Source: a virus (Duplodnaviria; Caudoviricetes). From it: 55,999 nt of DNA. Under the pieces are notes generated by a model that worked only from the letters and a program-made list of their open reading frames with translations, made no database searches and had not been told where the DNA came from. Shown piece by piece: positions 7,776 through 18,197 of this stretch. The stretch's first letter is position 1, and every line of letters begins with the position of its first letter. A program made the translations under genes and the position numbers. The stretch is from the IMG/VR virus record IMGVR_UViG_3300024262_006261, positions 1 to 55,999 of that record; one strand, given 5' to 3'.

Positions 7776-9227
7776 CTAGGCCCTAGACTTTCTCCTGATA
7801 CTTGCAAGTTTTATACCCCTACGCACACTCCTTTTTAACTTTCTACTAGCTTGATATTGTTTAATAACTGGATTTTCAACACTCTTCATTACATCAAATA
7901 TGGTACAATATTCAGGAGGTAAATTATAAAAACCATCTCCAATTATACCATACAAAATCTTTTGATCCCAAACAGATAAAGGTTGAACATCACATTCTCT
8001 TATCCAAAGGTCTAATATCTTGAAAACCCGCTCATTATTCGCTGCATACACAGTGCCTCCAAGTAATTCATCATCTCTATGAGGCCTACCAAAATCAGCC
8101 CAATGCAATTTATACAAAGCAAAATCAGAGTCAAAGTCATCAAACAAGATAGGAGGAGACATAAATACAGCATCACAATCTACATACAAAACTGGTCTAG
8201 GTGCATACTTTTGCAACATATTCTTTATAAGGCTAGGTTTGTATCTAACATTCTTTTGCCAATTACCTGTATTGTTAATAGGAACAATATCATAATCTAG
8301 ATGCAGTTTATCTAACGATTCTATTAGATTCCTAGCTTCCTTTTCATACTCAGTATCCTTTGTGTAGAAAGAAACAATGACAGGTTTTAATTTCTTATCA
8401 ACACCATTTGAAGGGGTAGGCATAGATATATTCCTTCTCTTTTGCAAGACTTCAGATAATGTGCTATTCTTAAAGCAAGTCAAGGCACTATCAGGAGTAA
8501 GATTAACAACATTTATATTAGCAGCCTCATAACTATCAGCAAATTCCGATATTGTTTTGACATACTTTTTTAATCTAGTAGAAAGAAATTTAGGTGTTAT
8601 ATCAGGATAGCCATTGTGCCAATGCGTTTGTTGACCAGACACCTTCATATCATAACCCAATAGATATATAGGATTTGCTCCCAATGCTGCTGCCAACATT
8701 ATAGCACCAAAACCTGCGTTATTCCCCGCATAAATACCTTTGGATAGATTAAGACAAATTATCCGTTCGCTCAATCTGTTTATAATATGCACATCACTTT
8801 CAAATTGAAATTTATCTGACCCTTCCAAAAAAACCTTTATGCCTCGATAAGCCTTCCACTGCTCGTATAGAAGAGCATCTTCTCCTTGTCTCTTATCATA
8901 TCGAACCAAATAATCATAAAATCGTTGGTCCATAGAATAGTTAATGGTTGTATTAAATTTGGTAAACGATTTATTTATTCCTATAGTAAGCTCGTTTTCT
9001 ATGTCTTGAAAATTAAGATTTGCTAGACTAGGTCCGCCTCCCAAAATGAAACATCTGTGCCCTTTCCATATACCAGATTGCAATACTTCTACTATAGGTT
9101 TAGCCTTCGTTGAGATAGCACTAATATGAGACTTGTACTCCTTGAAATTATCCTTCTTTATGTGAATTGCTCGATTAGGATTATCTATCAACTGAGATAT
9201 TCTACTATGCTTTATTGTATAACCCAT
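7776..9227 (-). CDS. fusion of Maf/DUF115-like transferase and GT-A nucleotide-diphospho-sugar transferase
   Basis: N-terminal 'ILGGGPSL', 'IGINK' and 'LGANPIYLLGYDM'; C-terminal 'VSFYT' and 'YVDCDAVF' DxD. Confidence 0.7.
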   Translation of the reverse strand: MGYTIKHSRISQLIDNPNRAIHIKKDNFKEYKSHISAISTKAKPIVEVLQSGIWKGHRCFILGGGPSLANLNFQDIENELTIGINKSFTKFNTTINYSMDQRFYDYLVRYDKRQGEDALLYEQWKAYRGIKVFLEGSDKFQFESDVHIINRLSERIICLNLSKGIYAGNNAGFGAIMLAAALGANPIYLLGYDMKVSGQQTHWHNGYPDITPKFLSTRLKKYVKTISEFADSYEAANINVVNLTPDSALTCFKNSTLSEVLQKRRNISMPTPSNGVDKKLKPVIVSFYTKDTEYEKEARNLIESLDKLHLDYDIVPINNTGNWQKNVRYKPSLIKNMLQKYAPRPVLYVDCDAVFMSPPILFDDFDSDFALYKLHWADFGRPHRDDELLGGTVYAANNERVFKILDLWIRECDVQPLSVWDQKILYGIIGDGFYNLPPEYCTIFDVMKSVENPVIKQYQASRKLKRSVRRGIKLASIRRKSRA

Positions 9228-9926
9228 TCAATGTTCCTTTAGAATAGAAATAAAATCTCTTAATTTGTTTGCATCTTCTTCTCGCTTTGGAGCTAACTGT
9301 TTATAAAACTCCCACCTACCCTCAGGTGGAGGGTTAATCTTACTCATTTCTCTCCTCTCTATATCCGTTTTATCTCGTTGCGTACTTAATTCGTGCCTTA
9401 TATGCATTTCAGGAAGATATATGCATCGACCAATAAGACGGCTTACATCTGTCAACCACCTATCTCCATTCTCACGCACAAAATAAGGAGGTAAAACATA
9501 CCCTACAACCTCAATCCAATTTTGGTGCATAAAAGGTAAGGTAGCCTTCTTCTCGTGCTTGAACCCATCGTCGCCATATACAATTGCTATTCTATCATCT
9601 ATTTTGTTGAATTCATTTGAGACAAGTTGGTTCCAACCCACAGTCTCGAATCGAATATCATCGCAGCATACCATTATTATTTCACCAGTACAATGTTCGT
9701 ATGCTATATTATATGCCTCCGCAATTATATGAGGCCTAGGCCCTGTAATTACCTTCAGTGAAGAATTATTAAACGATTTACAACATTCTATAGTAGGTAT
9801 ATCATCATCATCTACGTAAACAACAATTTCAACGTCCGGTGTTGTTGCAGTAATAAGAATCGATTTTATAGTCGAAGATAAGGAATCAGGTCTTCCTCGT
9901 GTAGCTATTATTACAGATATTTTCAT
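9228..9926 (-). CDS. GT2-family glycosyltransferase
   Basis: 'ISVIIATRGR', 'VYVDDDD' and 'CCDD'. Confidence 0.8.
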   Translation of the reverse strand: MKISVIIATRGRPDSLSSTIKSILITATTPDVEIVVYVDDDDIPTIECCKSFNNSSLKVITGPRPHIIAEAYNIAYEHCTGEIIMVCCDDIRFETVGWNQLVSNEFNKIDDRIAIVYGDDGFKHEKKATLPFMHQNWIEVVGYVLPPYFVRENGDRWLTDVSRLIGRCIYLPEMHIRHELSTQRDKTDIERREMSKINPPPEGRWEFYKQLAPKREEDANKLRDFISILKEH

Positions 9927-10372
9927 TTCTTTTCCTTACCATTCAATAAACTTATATGCCAATCTTTAAACTCAGAAGCAAGACAATCCGTTTTCCAATC
10001 TAAACGAGAGGCTTGTCCTACTAGAGCAAGAATAAGGTTTTGGGTACTATTTCTAATACCATTCAATCCGTGAGTTAGTCTAAGAAGACTTCCATCTTGA
10101 TCTTTGCCCTTCCGAGCATTACTCTCATTATACCATATATGAGTATTGATTTGTGCTATAATTATAACCGCACGAAGCAGCTCGCCTGTCAACTTCATAT
10201 CCTTTTCCTCAATGAGCATATCCAAATCATGTTCTATCTGTTTCATCTCAGTAGAATATTTATCTTTATGCTCAGGAATAAGAACTTCCTTCAACTGATG
10301 AATTGTCATTCTATCTATCAACTCGCCCATATGGGGTAACCATTGTCTTTCTTCTTTCTTTTTCTTAGTCAT
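9923..10372 (-). CDS. hypothetical helical protein, paralog of 19288..19734
   Basis: Shares 'P.M.ELIDR.T', 'HDLD.LIEE', 'QIN.HIW' and 'H.LNG.RN'. Confidence 0.7.
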   Translation of the reverse strand: MTKKKKEERQWLPHMGELIDRMTIHQLKEVLIPEHKDKYSTEMKQIEHDLDMLIEEKDMKLTGELLRAVIIIAQINTHIWYNESNARKGKDQDGSLLRLTHGLNGIRNSTQNLILALVGQASRLDWKTDCLASEFKDWHISLLNGKEKK

Positions 10373-11345
10373 TATATTTCTCCCTATTCTGTTTGAACCA
10401 ATCTATTGTTAATCTTAACCCCTCCTCCAATTCATAAGACGAAGTAAATCCTATAATCTCCTTTGCAAGAGACACGTCCATTCTTCTAATTGGTATTGTC
10501 GAAGGTTTGGAAGGATCGTATTCTATTTTAGGGTTTGTACCTAAAATATCTATTACAATCTCTATAGCATCCTTTATAGACGTAGAAAGTCCAGAACCTA
10601 TATTTAATGCTGCTCCACAACAAAACTTCTCCATAATAAGAAGCATACCATCTACAATATCTTGAACATAAGCAAAATCACGAATAGCAGAACCATCTCC
10701 CCAAACAGATAATGGATCTTCTCCATCTACCAACCTACGTATTAGAGCAGGGAGGGCATGGGCTGTTTCGAGGTTGAAATCATCCCTAGGACCATAAAAG
10801 TTCGCTGGTCTAATTATGCATGTATTCAAATCGGTACGGTCATGATAAAATTCGCAGAGCTTTTCTACATACCGTTTCATCCAACCTACAGCTTGATAAG
10901 AAGGATGGACATCTCCTTTCCATACATCTCCCTCAGCCATAGGGTCATCCCCGTCAGGATATACCGTCGTGCTACTCATAAACAAGAATCGCTCAACCTT
11001 AGCCAAATTAGCTACCTCTAACAAACGAGAACACATAATTAAATTGGAGGTAATATGCTTGGCTGGGTTATTTACAATATCGTATGCACCCGAAGTTACT
11101 GCAGCACAATGAAAGACATATTCTTGACCCTCAAGTGCTTTCCAACAAAAATCACTATTGCACAAGTCCCCTTCTACAACATAAATATTGGAATGATCTA
11201 TCTTTTTAGAAGTCGTCAAAGTAATAGGTTTCTTATGTAGAACCGTGGTAACAATAGCTCCTTTATTTAGTAGAGCCTCTATGAGATGAGAACCGGCCAA
11301 TCCAGAACCACCCGTAACCAAAACTTTTTTGTCTTTATAAAACAT
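10365..11345 (-). CDS. NAD-dependent epimerase/reductase (GDP-fucose synthase-like extended SDR)
   Basis: Likely start MFYKDKKV; TGGSGLAG, RPANFYGPRD and VWGDGSAIRDF; Tyr of YxxxK replaced (VGWMK). Confidence 0.85.
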   Translation of the reverse strand: MFYKDKKVLVTGGSGLAGSHLIEALLNKGAIVTTVLHKKPITLTTSKKIDHSNIYVVEGDLCNSDFCWKALEGQEYVFHCAAVTSGAYDIVNNPAKHITSNLIMCSRLLEVANLAKVERFLFMSSTTVYPDGDDPMAEGDVWKGDVHPSYQAVGWMKRYVEKLCEFYHDRTDLNTCIIRPANFYGPRDDFNLETAHALPALIRRLVDGEDPLSVWGDGSAIRDFAYVQDIVDGMLLIMEKFCCGAALNIGSGLSTSIKDAIEIVIDILGTNPKIEYDPSKPSTIPIRRMDVSLAKEIIGFTSSYELEEGLRLTIDWFKQNREKYND

Positions 11346-11865
11346 CTGAATCTCTCCTTGAAAGAATAGGATTAGTTGTAGGCCACCACATCTTAAAACG
11401 CGGATCATTATACTTGATTGTAAATTGATTTTCCATACCTTTATAATTGCACGACTGCTTATAATGAAAAATAGCATCTTCACTTAATACCACATATCCA
11501 TGCCCATGATTTGGAGGAATAAGCAATTGGTTTTTATTCCACTCACTAAGGATAAAGCTCTCCCACTGTCCAAACTGTTCACTTCCCTTATCATAATTAA
11601 GAACATTTATAAAATACCTTCCTTTAAGGCATGTAACAAGTTTCCATGTTCTGTCATCCCCATGAAGCCCTCGCAAGACACCTCTTTCGGAAACAGCTAT
11701 ATCATCTTCTAAAAAGGTTATTGTTTCTCCAATAGCTTCCTGTATTGCCTCCGTATATTCCTTTCTATGGTATATCTCCTCATAAGTACCCCTATGATCC
11801 TCAAAGCATTCGTGTTGAAAAAGAAGAACATTCTTCAAACTTGTCGTCTCGATTATAGGTTTCAT
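11335..11865 (-). CDS. rmlC: dTDP-4-dehydrorhamnose 3,5-epimerase-like protein
   Basis: 'FEDHRG', 'GVLRGLH', 'KLVTCLKG', 'GHGY' and 'FHYK'. Confidence 0.85.
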   Translation of the reverse strand: MKPIIETTSLKNVLLFQHECFEDHRGTYEEIYHRKEYTEAIQEAIGETITFLEDDIAVSERGVLRGLHGDDRTWKLVTCLKGRYFINVLNYDKGSEQFGQWESFILSEWNKNQLLIPPNHGHGYVVLSEDAIFHYKQSCNYKGMENQFTIKYNDPRFKMWWPTTNPILSRRDSDVL

Positions 11866-11867
11866 TA

Positions 11868-13241
11868 CTAACCCCCTAATTTGAATATTGTTTTTGTTAT
11901 ACTATATTTATAATACCTGTCGTGAATCCATTCAAATAATTTATTTGGAGGAATATGTTTGATCATCCACATGCCTAATTCATATAGAGGCCAAGGAAGT
12001 TTAGGAACAATAGACCCCAATAGATGTATATTATAGCTTATATTCTTTTCTTTCTGACTGAAACAAGACAGCTTAGATTCTTCAAACAATCCTTGCATGT
12101 CTCCAGCATATATAGCAGGATCTATATATCCTTTCTTAGCACAATACCTATATAATTCAGTACCCTTCATCGGGTCGGCAGTACCGTAGCTTGGATAGGT
12201 TACCTTCGCTTTTTTACAAACCTCGATAGCATTAAGATCGTCTTGTGTAGTAGATTCTGGAATATTAGTTATAAAATTAACCCAGGTGTGTATCCCATAA
12301 GATTTGATTCTCTTCAAAGAATCTATCACATCTACTTCTCTCATATTTCTCTTTAATATCTTTTCTCTAATATATTCAGATGTGCTATCAACTGACAAAT
12401 GAGTAGAAAAACAACCCGCTTCTTTTAGCAGCTTCAATAAATCATCGTCTGCTCTATCAAACCGTAGATAACAATTAAAAGGAACTCCTATTCGTTTCTT
12501 ATACTTATCCACAAATTCTTCCAACCAATCGTCTGCTTTCATAGCAAATAAATCGTCGCCTATCTTAACGAAATCCATACGGTATTTAGACTTAACTCTT
12601 TCCATTTCTTGAATAATTCGTTCTACAGAAAACCTTCTAACCCACGGGCCCTTTCCCTTATAGAGTTCTTGATAGAAACTATTACAGCAATATGTGCATC
12701 GAAAAGGACATCCCCGTGAAGTATAAAAGGTTTTCTTAGGAACATCCTTAAGATAAGAATTGGCTATGGTCAAATCTCTATCTGCAGGAGGTAAATCATC
12801 TAGATGTCTTATTGTGGGTCTAATTGGATTTGTTTTATTCTTTGTAATCAAATTAGGAACATCATCAAAAGATTCTCCATTTTCTACACAAATCAAAAAA
12901 TCTCTAAAAGCCAAATCCCCTTCCCCTATGCAATAAGCATCCATACCCGATTCTATAAATGACTCTGGCGAAACCGTAACTTCTGGTCCTCCCATAATAG
13001 ATACAAAGTTAAGAGAAAGCTTTGCTGTTTTATGTATGTTAATAATAGGCCTAATACTCCAAATATTAGCCGAATAGGCAACAACATCTGGATGAATGTA
13101 ATGCATATCAAAAGAAAAAGAGTTATTCTTCAACACACAAAAATATGTTTTATGTCCCAATTCTTTTGCTATTGCAGATAAATATGGGATAGCTATATGA
13201 TCCGCATAATCTAATTGATGTATAACAAATAATATTTTCAT
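11868..13241 (-). CDS. B12-binding radical SAM protein (class B methyltransferase-like)
   Basis: N-terminal cobalamin-binding region ('MGGP', 'IGEGD'); SRGCPFRCTYC CxxxCxxC. Confidence 0.85.
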   Translation of the reverse strand: MKILFVIHQLDYADHIAIPYLSAIAKELGHKTYFCVLKNNSFSFDMHYIHPDVVAYSANIWSIRPIINIHKTAKLSLNFVSIMGGPEVTVSPESFIESGMDAYCIGEGDLAFRDFLICVENGESFDDVPNLITKNKTNPIRPTIRHLDDLPPADRDLTIANSYLKDVPKKTFYTSRGCPFRCTYCCNSFYQELYKGKGPWVRRFSVERIIQEMERVKSKYRMDFVKIGDDLFAMKADDWLEEFVDKYKKRIGVPFNCYLRFDRADDDLLKLLKEAGCFSTHLSVDSTSEYIREKILKRNMREVDVIDSLKRIKSYGIHTWVNFITNIPESTTQDDLNAIEVCKKAKVTYPSYGTADPMKGTELYRYCAKKGYIDPAIYAGDMQGLFEESKLSCFSQKEKNISYNIHLLGSIVPKLPWPLYELGMWMIKHIPPNKLFEWIHDRYYKYSITKTIFKLGG

Positions 13242-13242
13242 A

Positions 13243-14067
13243 TCACGGCCACCTCTCTTTTGGCCCTTGAGACAAAGTAAGAAGATTTTCTTCTACAAAA
13301 CAATCCACTGGTTTTAGTCTATGTTGCAAAAGTGCTCCAGTAGGATGATTTCCATCCACATACATTACATCATAAGCAGATGGGTTTGCCAAATATGTAC
13401 CTATAGGCATAGTCCACATACTATCTAAATAATGTCGATCATGTTGAGCCCCTGCACACAACCTTGGAGAATTGTCTAATATCTCCTCTGCAATTGCTTC
13501 CTTGCAAAAAAAACATATTCCTCCTATAGAATATAATCGCATAGATAAATCTATATCCCAGTGCGAACGAATAAAATTTTTATCTACACCGCCTAACTTT
13601 CTAACAACACTGGTTTTATATAAACCTCCGATGGGTGTTATAGGACTAGTCCTTTTATGCCCATGAACGTTCGATTCTCCTACAGGAAAAAATCTATAAT
13701 AAGAATCTAAAAGTTCTTTTCCATGCAGATAAGGAGTACAGGAAACAACAAGATCTTCCCTTCCTGTATCCTCAAAAGCCTTCACCAAATTATCTAAGGC
13801 ATGTTCATTAAATACCATATCATCCTGTGCAAAAATACAATACGCCCCTCGACAATGGCGGATTCCTATCTCAGCACATTGTGTAGGCTTAACTGGACTA
13901 TTGATAAATACGATATTATTTGGAAGTTCAAATGTAGGAGGAATATGCCCCACAAAAATAATTTCAAAAGAAGCATCGTTTTTGGACAAAAAATCATACA
14001 TTCTCACCCAATTCTGTGGTCGAATACTAGGAACATAAATACTCACTAAAGGTATATCTATTACCAT
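13243..14067 (-). CDS. GT2-like glycosyltransferase (paralog block A)
   Basis: 'VSIYVPSIRP', 'QCAEIG', 'QDD', 'GGVDKNF', C-terminal SQGPK. Confidence 0.75.
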   Translation of the reverse strand: MVIDIPLVSIYVPSIRPQNWVRMYDFLSKNDASFEIIFVGHIPPTFELPNNIVFINSPVKPTQCAEIGIRHCRGAYCIFAQDDMVFNEHALDNLVKAFEDTGREDLVVSCTPYLHGKELLDSYYRFFPVGESNVHGHKRTSPITPIGGLYKTSVVRKLGGVDKNFIRSHWDIDLSMRLYSIGGICFFCKEAIAEEILDNSPRLCAGAQHDRHYLDSMWTMPIGTYLANPSAYDVMYVDGNHPTGALLQHRLKPVDCFVEENLLTLSQGPKERWP

Positions 14068-14858
14068 TTTCCTTTTGGACCTTGCGATTCTATATATAAT
14101 TTTTCTATTACGAAAGGTTCGAAAGGTTGAAGTCTTTGATTACAAAGTACTCCCTTTTCTTTCTTAGGGGTAGTACAAAGTGCTTTCAATTCTTTACGTT
14201 TCTTGAACTCTTCTTTTGTAAGTGTCCAAAAATAATCTAATGTAGGCCTATCAAGTTTATATCCATAAGAGCACAACCGGTCGATATCTTTAGGAACAAT
14301 TTCATTGGCGACAGTGCCTGGACAAAATATGCCTATTCCACCAGAAACATACAATCGCATAGACAAATCTATATCCCAAAAGGTTGCAATAAAGTTTTTA
14401 TCCACACAACCTAACTTCTCAACAACAGATGTCTTATACAATCCACAGATTGGAGTAATAGGACTATTCTTATGTCTGTCCCAAAATCTGTACCTATTTG
14501 TATTCAAAGGAACATCGTTCAAGTAAGGCAAACAAGAAACAACAGCATCTTCCCTATCCAAACTCTTGAATACTTCAAGTAGAATATCTAATGTACCCGC
14601 CCCAAACATAATGTCGTCCAAGGCAAACATGCAATATTCACCTTTACATGCTCTAAATCCTATCTCAGCACATTGTGCAGGCTTGACTGCAGAGTTGATA
14701 TAATGAACATTTTCTGGCAGATCGTAGGTAGGAGGCTTAGGACCTACAAATATTACTTCAAAAGGTGTTCCGTTTGTGTTTAAAGATCCACAGAATCTTT
14801 CCCAATACCAAGGTCTATTACTTGGTACAAATATACTTATTATTGGTGTTACGTCCAT
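14061..14858 (-). CDS. GT2-like glycosyltransferase (paralog block A)
   Basis: Same motifs: 'QCAEIGFRACKGEY', 'LDD', SQGPKG. Confidence 0.75.
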   Translation of the reverse strand: MDVTPIISIFVPSNRPWYWERFCGSLNTNGTPFEVIFVGPKPPTYDLPENVHYINSAVKPAQCAEIGFRACKGEYCMFALDDIMFGAGTLDILLEVFKSLDREDAVVSCLPYLNDVPLNTNRYRFWDRHKNSPITPICGLYKTSVVEKLGCVDKNFIATFWDIDLSMRLYVSGGIGIFCPGTVANEIVPKDIDRLCSYGYKLDRPTLDYFWTLTKEEFKKRKELKALCTTPKKEKGVLCNQRLQPFEPFVIEKLYIESQGPKGKW

Positions 14859-15622
14859 AATTTTTTCCCTTCCACCCCTTTTGGACCTTGTGATGTGGTT
14901 AATAATCCTTCTTCCACAAAAGGTTCAACAGGGCGTTTTCTAGTAGTTAAAAATCTATTATTTTGCATCCACAAATCCATAGCCAAAGGCCAATCTACAT
15001 CTCTCCCTATCCAATTGAGTCCGGAAGTAACATCAGCAGTAGTAAATCCTGGTACAAGAATTTCTGTAAATATGCAGTTCTCAGCAAAAACAGCAATACC
15101 TCCTTTCTCATAGAAACGCATAGCCATATCGAAATCTTCGTATGTACAAACAAAATTTCTATCTCTAGGACCCAAATCTCTAAACAAATCTGTCTTAAAT
15201 AAAGAACCTATAGGATGAATCGGTGCGTCTGCCCGTCCCGGAATAAATCCACGTCGAGACAATGGAATTATTTCCCCAGTACATACACGATGCATGCAAC
15301 AAACAGTAACATCTTCTCGACCCATAGAATAATATTTTTCTAAAAGAAGGTCTAAACAACCGTCTGAAAATTCCATATCATCAGAAGCATAAAAACAAAA
15401 TTCACCTTTACACGCTCTAAATCCTATCTCAGCACATTGTACTGGTTTGGTTGGACTGTGTATATGATATACATTCTCCGGCAATTCAAAATCTGGAGGA
15501 ACATGCCCCACAAAAATAATTTCAAAAGGTGTTTTATTACTCCTAGCCAAACTATCGTATAACCCTTTCCAAAGAAAAGGTCTAATAGCTTTCATATATA
15601 TACTTACTACCGGTTCACTCAT
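14849..15622 (-). CDS. GT2-like glycosyltransferase (paralog block A)
   Basis: 'QCAEIGFRACKGEF', 'SDD', SQGPKG. Confidence 0.75.
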   Translation of the reverse strand: MSEPVVSIYMKAIRPFLWKGLYDSLARSNKTPFEIIFVGHVPPDFELPENVYHIHSPTKPVQCAEIGFRACKGEFCFYASDDMEFSDGCLDLLLEKYYSMGREDVTVCCMHRVCTGEIIPLSRRGFIPGRADAPIHPIGSLFKTDLFRDLGPRDRNFVCTYEDFDMAMRFYEKGGIAVFAENCIFTEILVPGFTTADVTSGLNWIGRDVDWPLAMDLWMQNNRFLTTRKRPVEPFVEEGLLTTSQGPKGVEGKKLWT

Positions 15623-16443
15623 AACCAGACTCCTTTCGGCCCTTGGGACCTTTTTAATAAATCCACATCGGTAAAAGGTTCTACAGGATACCTTCTACGT
15701 TTCAATGCTATACCATGTGCTCTAGAAGTATTGATAAAATAAATTTCCAATTTGTTTCTTTCTTCTAAAGATAGTGAGTTATACTCTGGTTGACTCATTA
15801 CCCAGTATGCTTCTATCCAAGGCCAATCCAAAGCTAATCCAGTATCAATCAACCTATATTGAGTATTAAGACCGTTAAGTCCGAGATTTTCATTAGCCTC
15901 TGTACCTTCACAAAAAACATTGTAGCCTCCCATTTCATATAATCGCATTGCAATATCTAAATCAGCATATGAAACCATAAAATTCCTATCGCGAGGGCCT
16001 ATCTTTCTCATCGTACTTGTTTTATATAAACCAGCAATAGGAACATGAGGACTTTCTTCTATACCGTCCCAAAACCGATATCTTTTTGTTTCTAATTTTT
16101 CTCCGTATTGATAAGGCATGCAAGATACTACAACAAGTTCATTATTTATAGCCTGCCATTTTTCTAATAGAAGATCCAAAGTATATACACCAAAAAACAC
16201 ATCATCATGTGAATATATACAATACTCACCTTTACATGCTCTAAACCCTATCTCAGCACATTGCACCGGTTTCACCCTGGTTTTGATGAAATGAAAATTA
16301 TTTGGAAGTTTATATTCTGGAGGAACATGCCCCACAGCTATTATCTCAAAAGGTATATTACTCTTTTCTAAAGATTCGTAGATTCCCATCCAAAGATGTG
16401 GACGAACAGCCGGCATATATATACTAATTACTGGGTTATTCAT
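15619..16443 (-). CDS. GT2-like glycosyltransferase (paralog block A)
   Basis: 'QCAEIGFRACKGEY', 'HDD', SQGPKG. Confidence 0.75.
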   Translation of the reverse strand: MNNPVISIYMPAVRPHLWMGIYESLEKSNIPFEIIAVGHVPPEYKLPNNFHFIKTRVKPVQCAEIGFRACKGEYCIYSHDDVFFGVYTLDLLLEKWQAINNELVVVSCMPYQYGEKLETKRYRFWDGIEESPHVPIAGLYKTSTMRKIGPRDRNFMVSYADLDIAMRLYEMGGYNVFCEGTEANENLGLNGLNTQYRLIDTGLALDWPWIEAYWVMSQPEYNSLSLEERNKLEIYFINTSRAHGIALKRRRYPVEPFTDVDLLKRSQGPKGVWL

Positions 16444-17425
16444 TGAAATAATTCTTTCTACCTAGATATTCTTTCCTATTTGATAAAAACCAATCCCACG
16501 TTTTTTGTAATCCATCCAGCAAAGAAGTTGTAGGATTATAGTGTATTTGTTCCTTAGCATAAGATATATCCATTACTCGCTTAGGAAAGCCAGAAGGTTT
16601 TGTCGTGTCAAATTCAAAACCACATTCAGTTACTTGCCGTAGCAATTCAAGAAGTTCTTTAATTGTAGTGCCTGTCCCACTGCCTAGATTAACAAAGCCA
16701 CCATTAGTCCCATAGTAAAGGGCTTGAATAATCCCTTCAGCCACATCCCTACTATAAGCAAAATCGCGTATTGCTGAGCCATCTCCCCACACAACTAACG
16801 GGTCTTCTCCCGAAGCTATTCTTGACATTAATGAAGGTATAACCATCGCATTGTTTGGATCAAAATTATCTCCTGGTCCATAAATATTAGCAGGACGGAC
16901 AATTGCATAGTTAGTCATTCCATACTGAATTCTATATGCCTCTATCTGTTTTTCGGCCATTCGCTTCGCCCAACCAGGAAACATATCCATAGGAGGACCT
17001 TCTAAGTTCTCAGTCTCTTTGAATATTTCGGCACTGGAATAAGCACCAACAGAACTGGTATAGACCACGTCTTTTACATTATTGATTCTACAAGCTTCAA
17101 GTATATTGGTATTCATCATTAACAATGGAACAAAGAAACTAGCAGGCTTTTCTTTAGTAACCTTAACTGAACCTTTAATCCCTGCAACATGAAATACATA
17201 ATCCATTCCTTTAGTTTGTTCTTTACAAAAACTAAAGTCACATAAGTCTCCTTGTATAAATCTTGCTCGACGATCCTTACCAGTATTATTATCTAGAGAA
17301 ACAACTGTAACATCGGCTCCAGCTTTTAGTAATATATTTACTATTTGTCGTCCTATTAAACCAGTCCCACCGGTTACAAGACAATTTTTATTATTCAAAT
17401 AATACAGAATTTCGTTATCTATCAT
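16436..17425 (-). CDS. NAD-dependent epimerase/reductase (GDP-fucose synthase-like)
   Basis: TGGTGLIG, RPANIYGPGDNF and VWGDGSAIRDF; YxxxK replaced by PGWAK. Confidence 0.85.
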   Translation of the reverse strand: MIDNEILYYLNNKNCLVTGGTGLIGRQIVNILLKAGADVTVVSLDNNTGKDRRARFIQGDLCDFSFCKEQTKGMDYVFHVAGIKGSVKVTKEKPASFFVPLLMMNTNILEACRINNVKDVVYTSSVGAYSSAEIFKETENLEGPPMDMFPGWAKRMAEKQIEAYRIQYGMTNYAIVRPANIYGPGDNFDPNNAMVIPSLMSRIASGEDPLVVWGDGSAIRDFAYSRDVAEGIIQALYYGTNGGFVNLGSGTGTTIKELLELLRQVTECGFEFDTTKPSGFPKRVMDISYAKEQIHYNPTTSLLDGLQKTWDWFLSNRKEYLGRKNYFNE

Positions 17426-17429
17426 AATA

Positions 17430-18182
17430 CTACTCCACTATAAAATAAGATAATCTTGCCGTTACAGGCAAACGCTTTAATCGTATATTACTCAAACCGA
17501 AGACTTCGTCTAGAGCCACTGTTTCTCCAGGAGAATCGTGGTCGTTAATCTCATCAAATGCTACCACACTACCTTTTACCAATCTTTTCTTAATGGCTTC
17601 TAGACACTTTTTCGTTGGTTCGTATATATCAAAGTCAAAAAAAGCCAAAGCTACAATAGATTCTGGATACTTCTCAAAATACTTATCTACTTCTATTGTA
17701 GCATCGCCAGCACATATCTCAAACTTTTTAATATGAGACATAGGATTATCGTTTTCTTGAAAATTCATAATCTGTTCGAGATATTGTTCATAATTTTCAG
17801 TACAAGCTAATCCACCTTTATGCATCATAGAACATTTAGGATTATCTTTCTCTCCTATCTCAGGAAAACCGGTGAACGTATCAAAACCTACAATTTTTCG
17901 GTGCCGATGAAATGGCTCGTATATTCCTCTAAGAGCTGCAAATAAAGACAATGTATTTCCCCATCTTGTTCCAAATTCTACAACTATTCCAGGAACATCT
18001 AATATCAACTGATAAATATGATTAAAGAACAATATTCGAGACAAATTCTTAGAATTCAAAAACAACCCTAAATTTTGTAGCATGTGATAAGAAGGAACAG
18101 GACAATTTTTCAAAGCATTTGCCCAATCATCTCGAACAAATTCTTCTACGTCACTGCGATACAACTCACCAGACTTTTCCAT
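17430..18182 (-). CDS. TylF/MycF-like sugar O-methyltransferase
   Basis: 'VPGIVVEFG', 'GFDTFTGFP', 'FDFDIYEPT' and 'FDE'. Confidence 0.75.
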   Translation of the reverse strand: MEKSGELYRSDVEEFVRDDWANALKNCPVPSYHMLQNLGLFLNSKNLSRILFFNHIYQLILDVPGIVVEFGTRWGNTLSLFAALRGIYEPFHRHRKIVGFDTFTGFPEIGEKDNPKCSMMHKGGLACTENYEQYLEQIMNFQENDNPMSHIKKFEICAGDATIEVDKYFEKYPESIVALAFFDFDIYEPTKKCLEAIKKRLVKGSVVAFDEINDHDSPGETVALDEVFGLSNIRLKRLPVTARLSYFIVE

Positions 18183-18197
18183 TATTAAAATCTCCTA

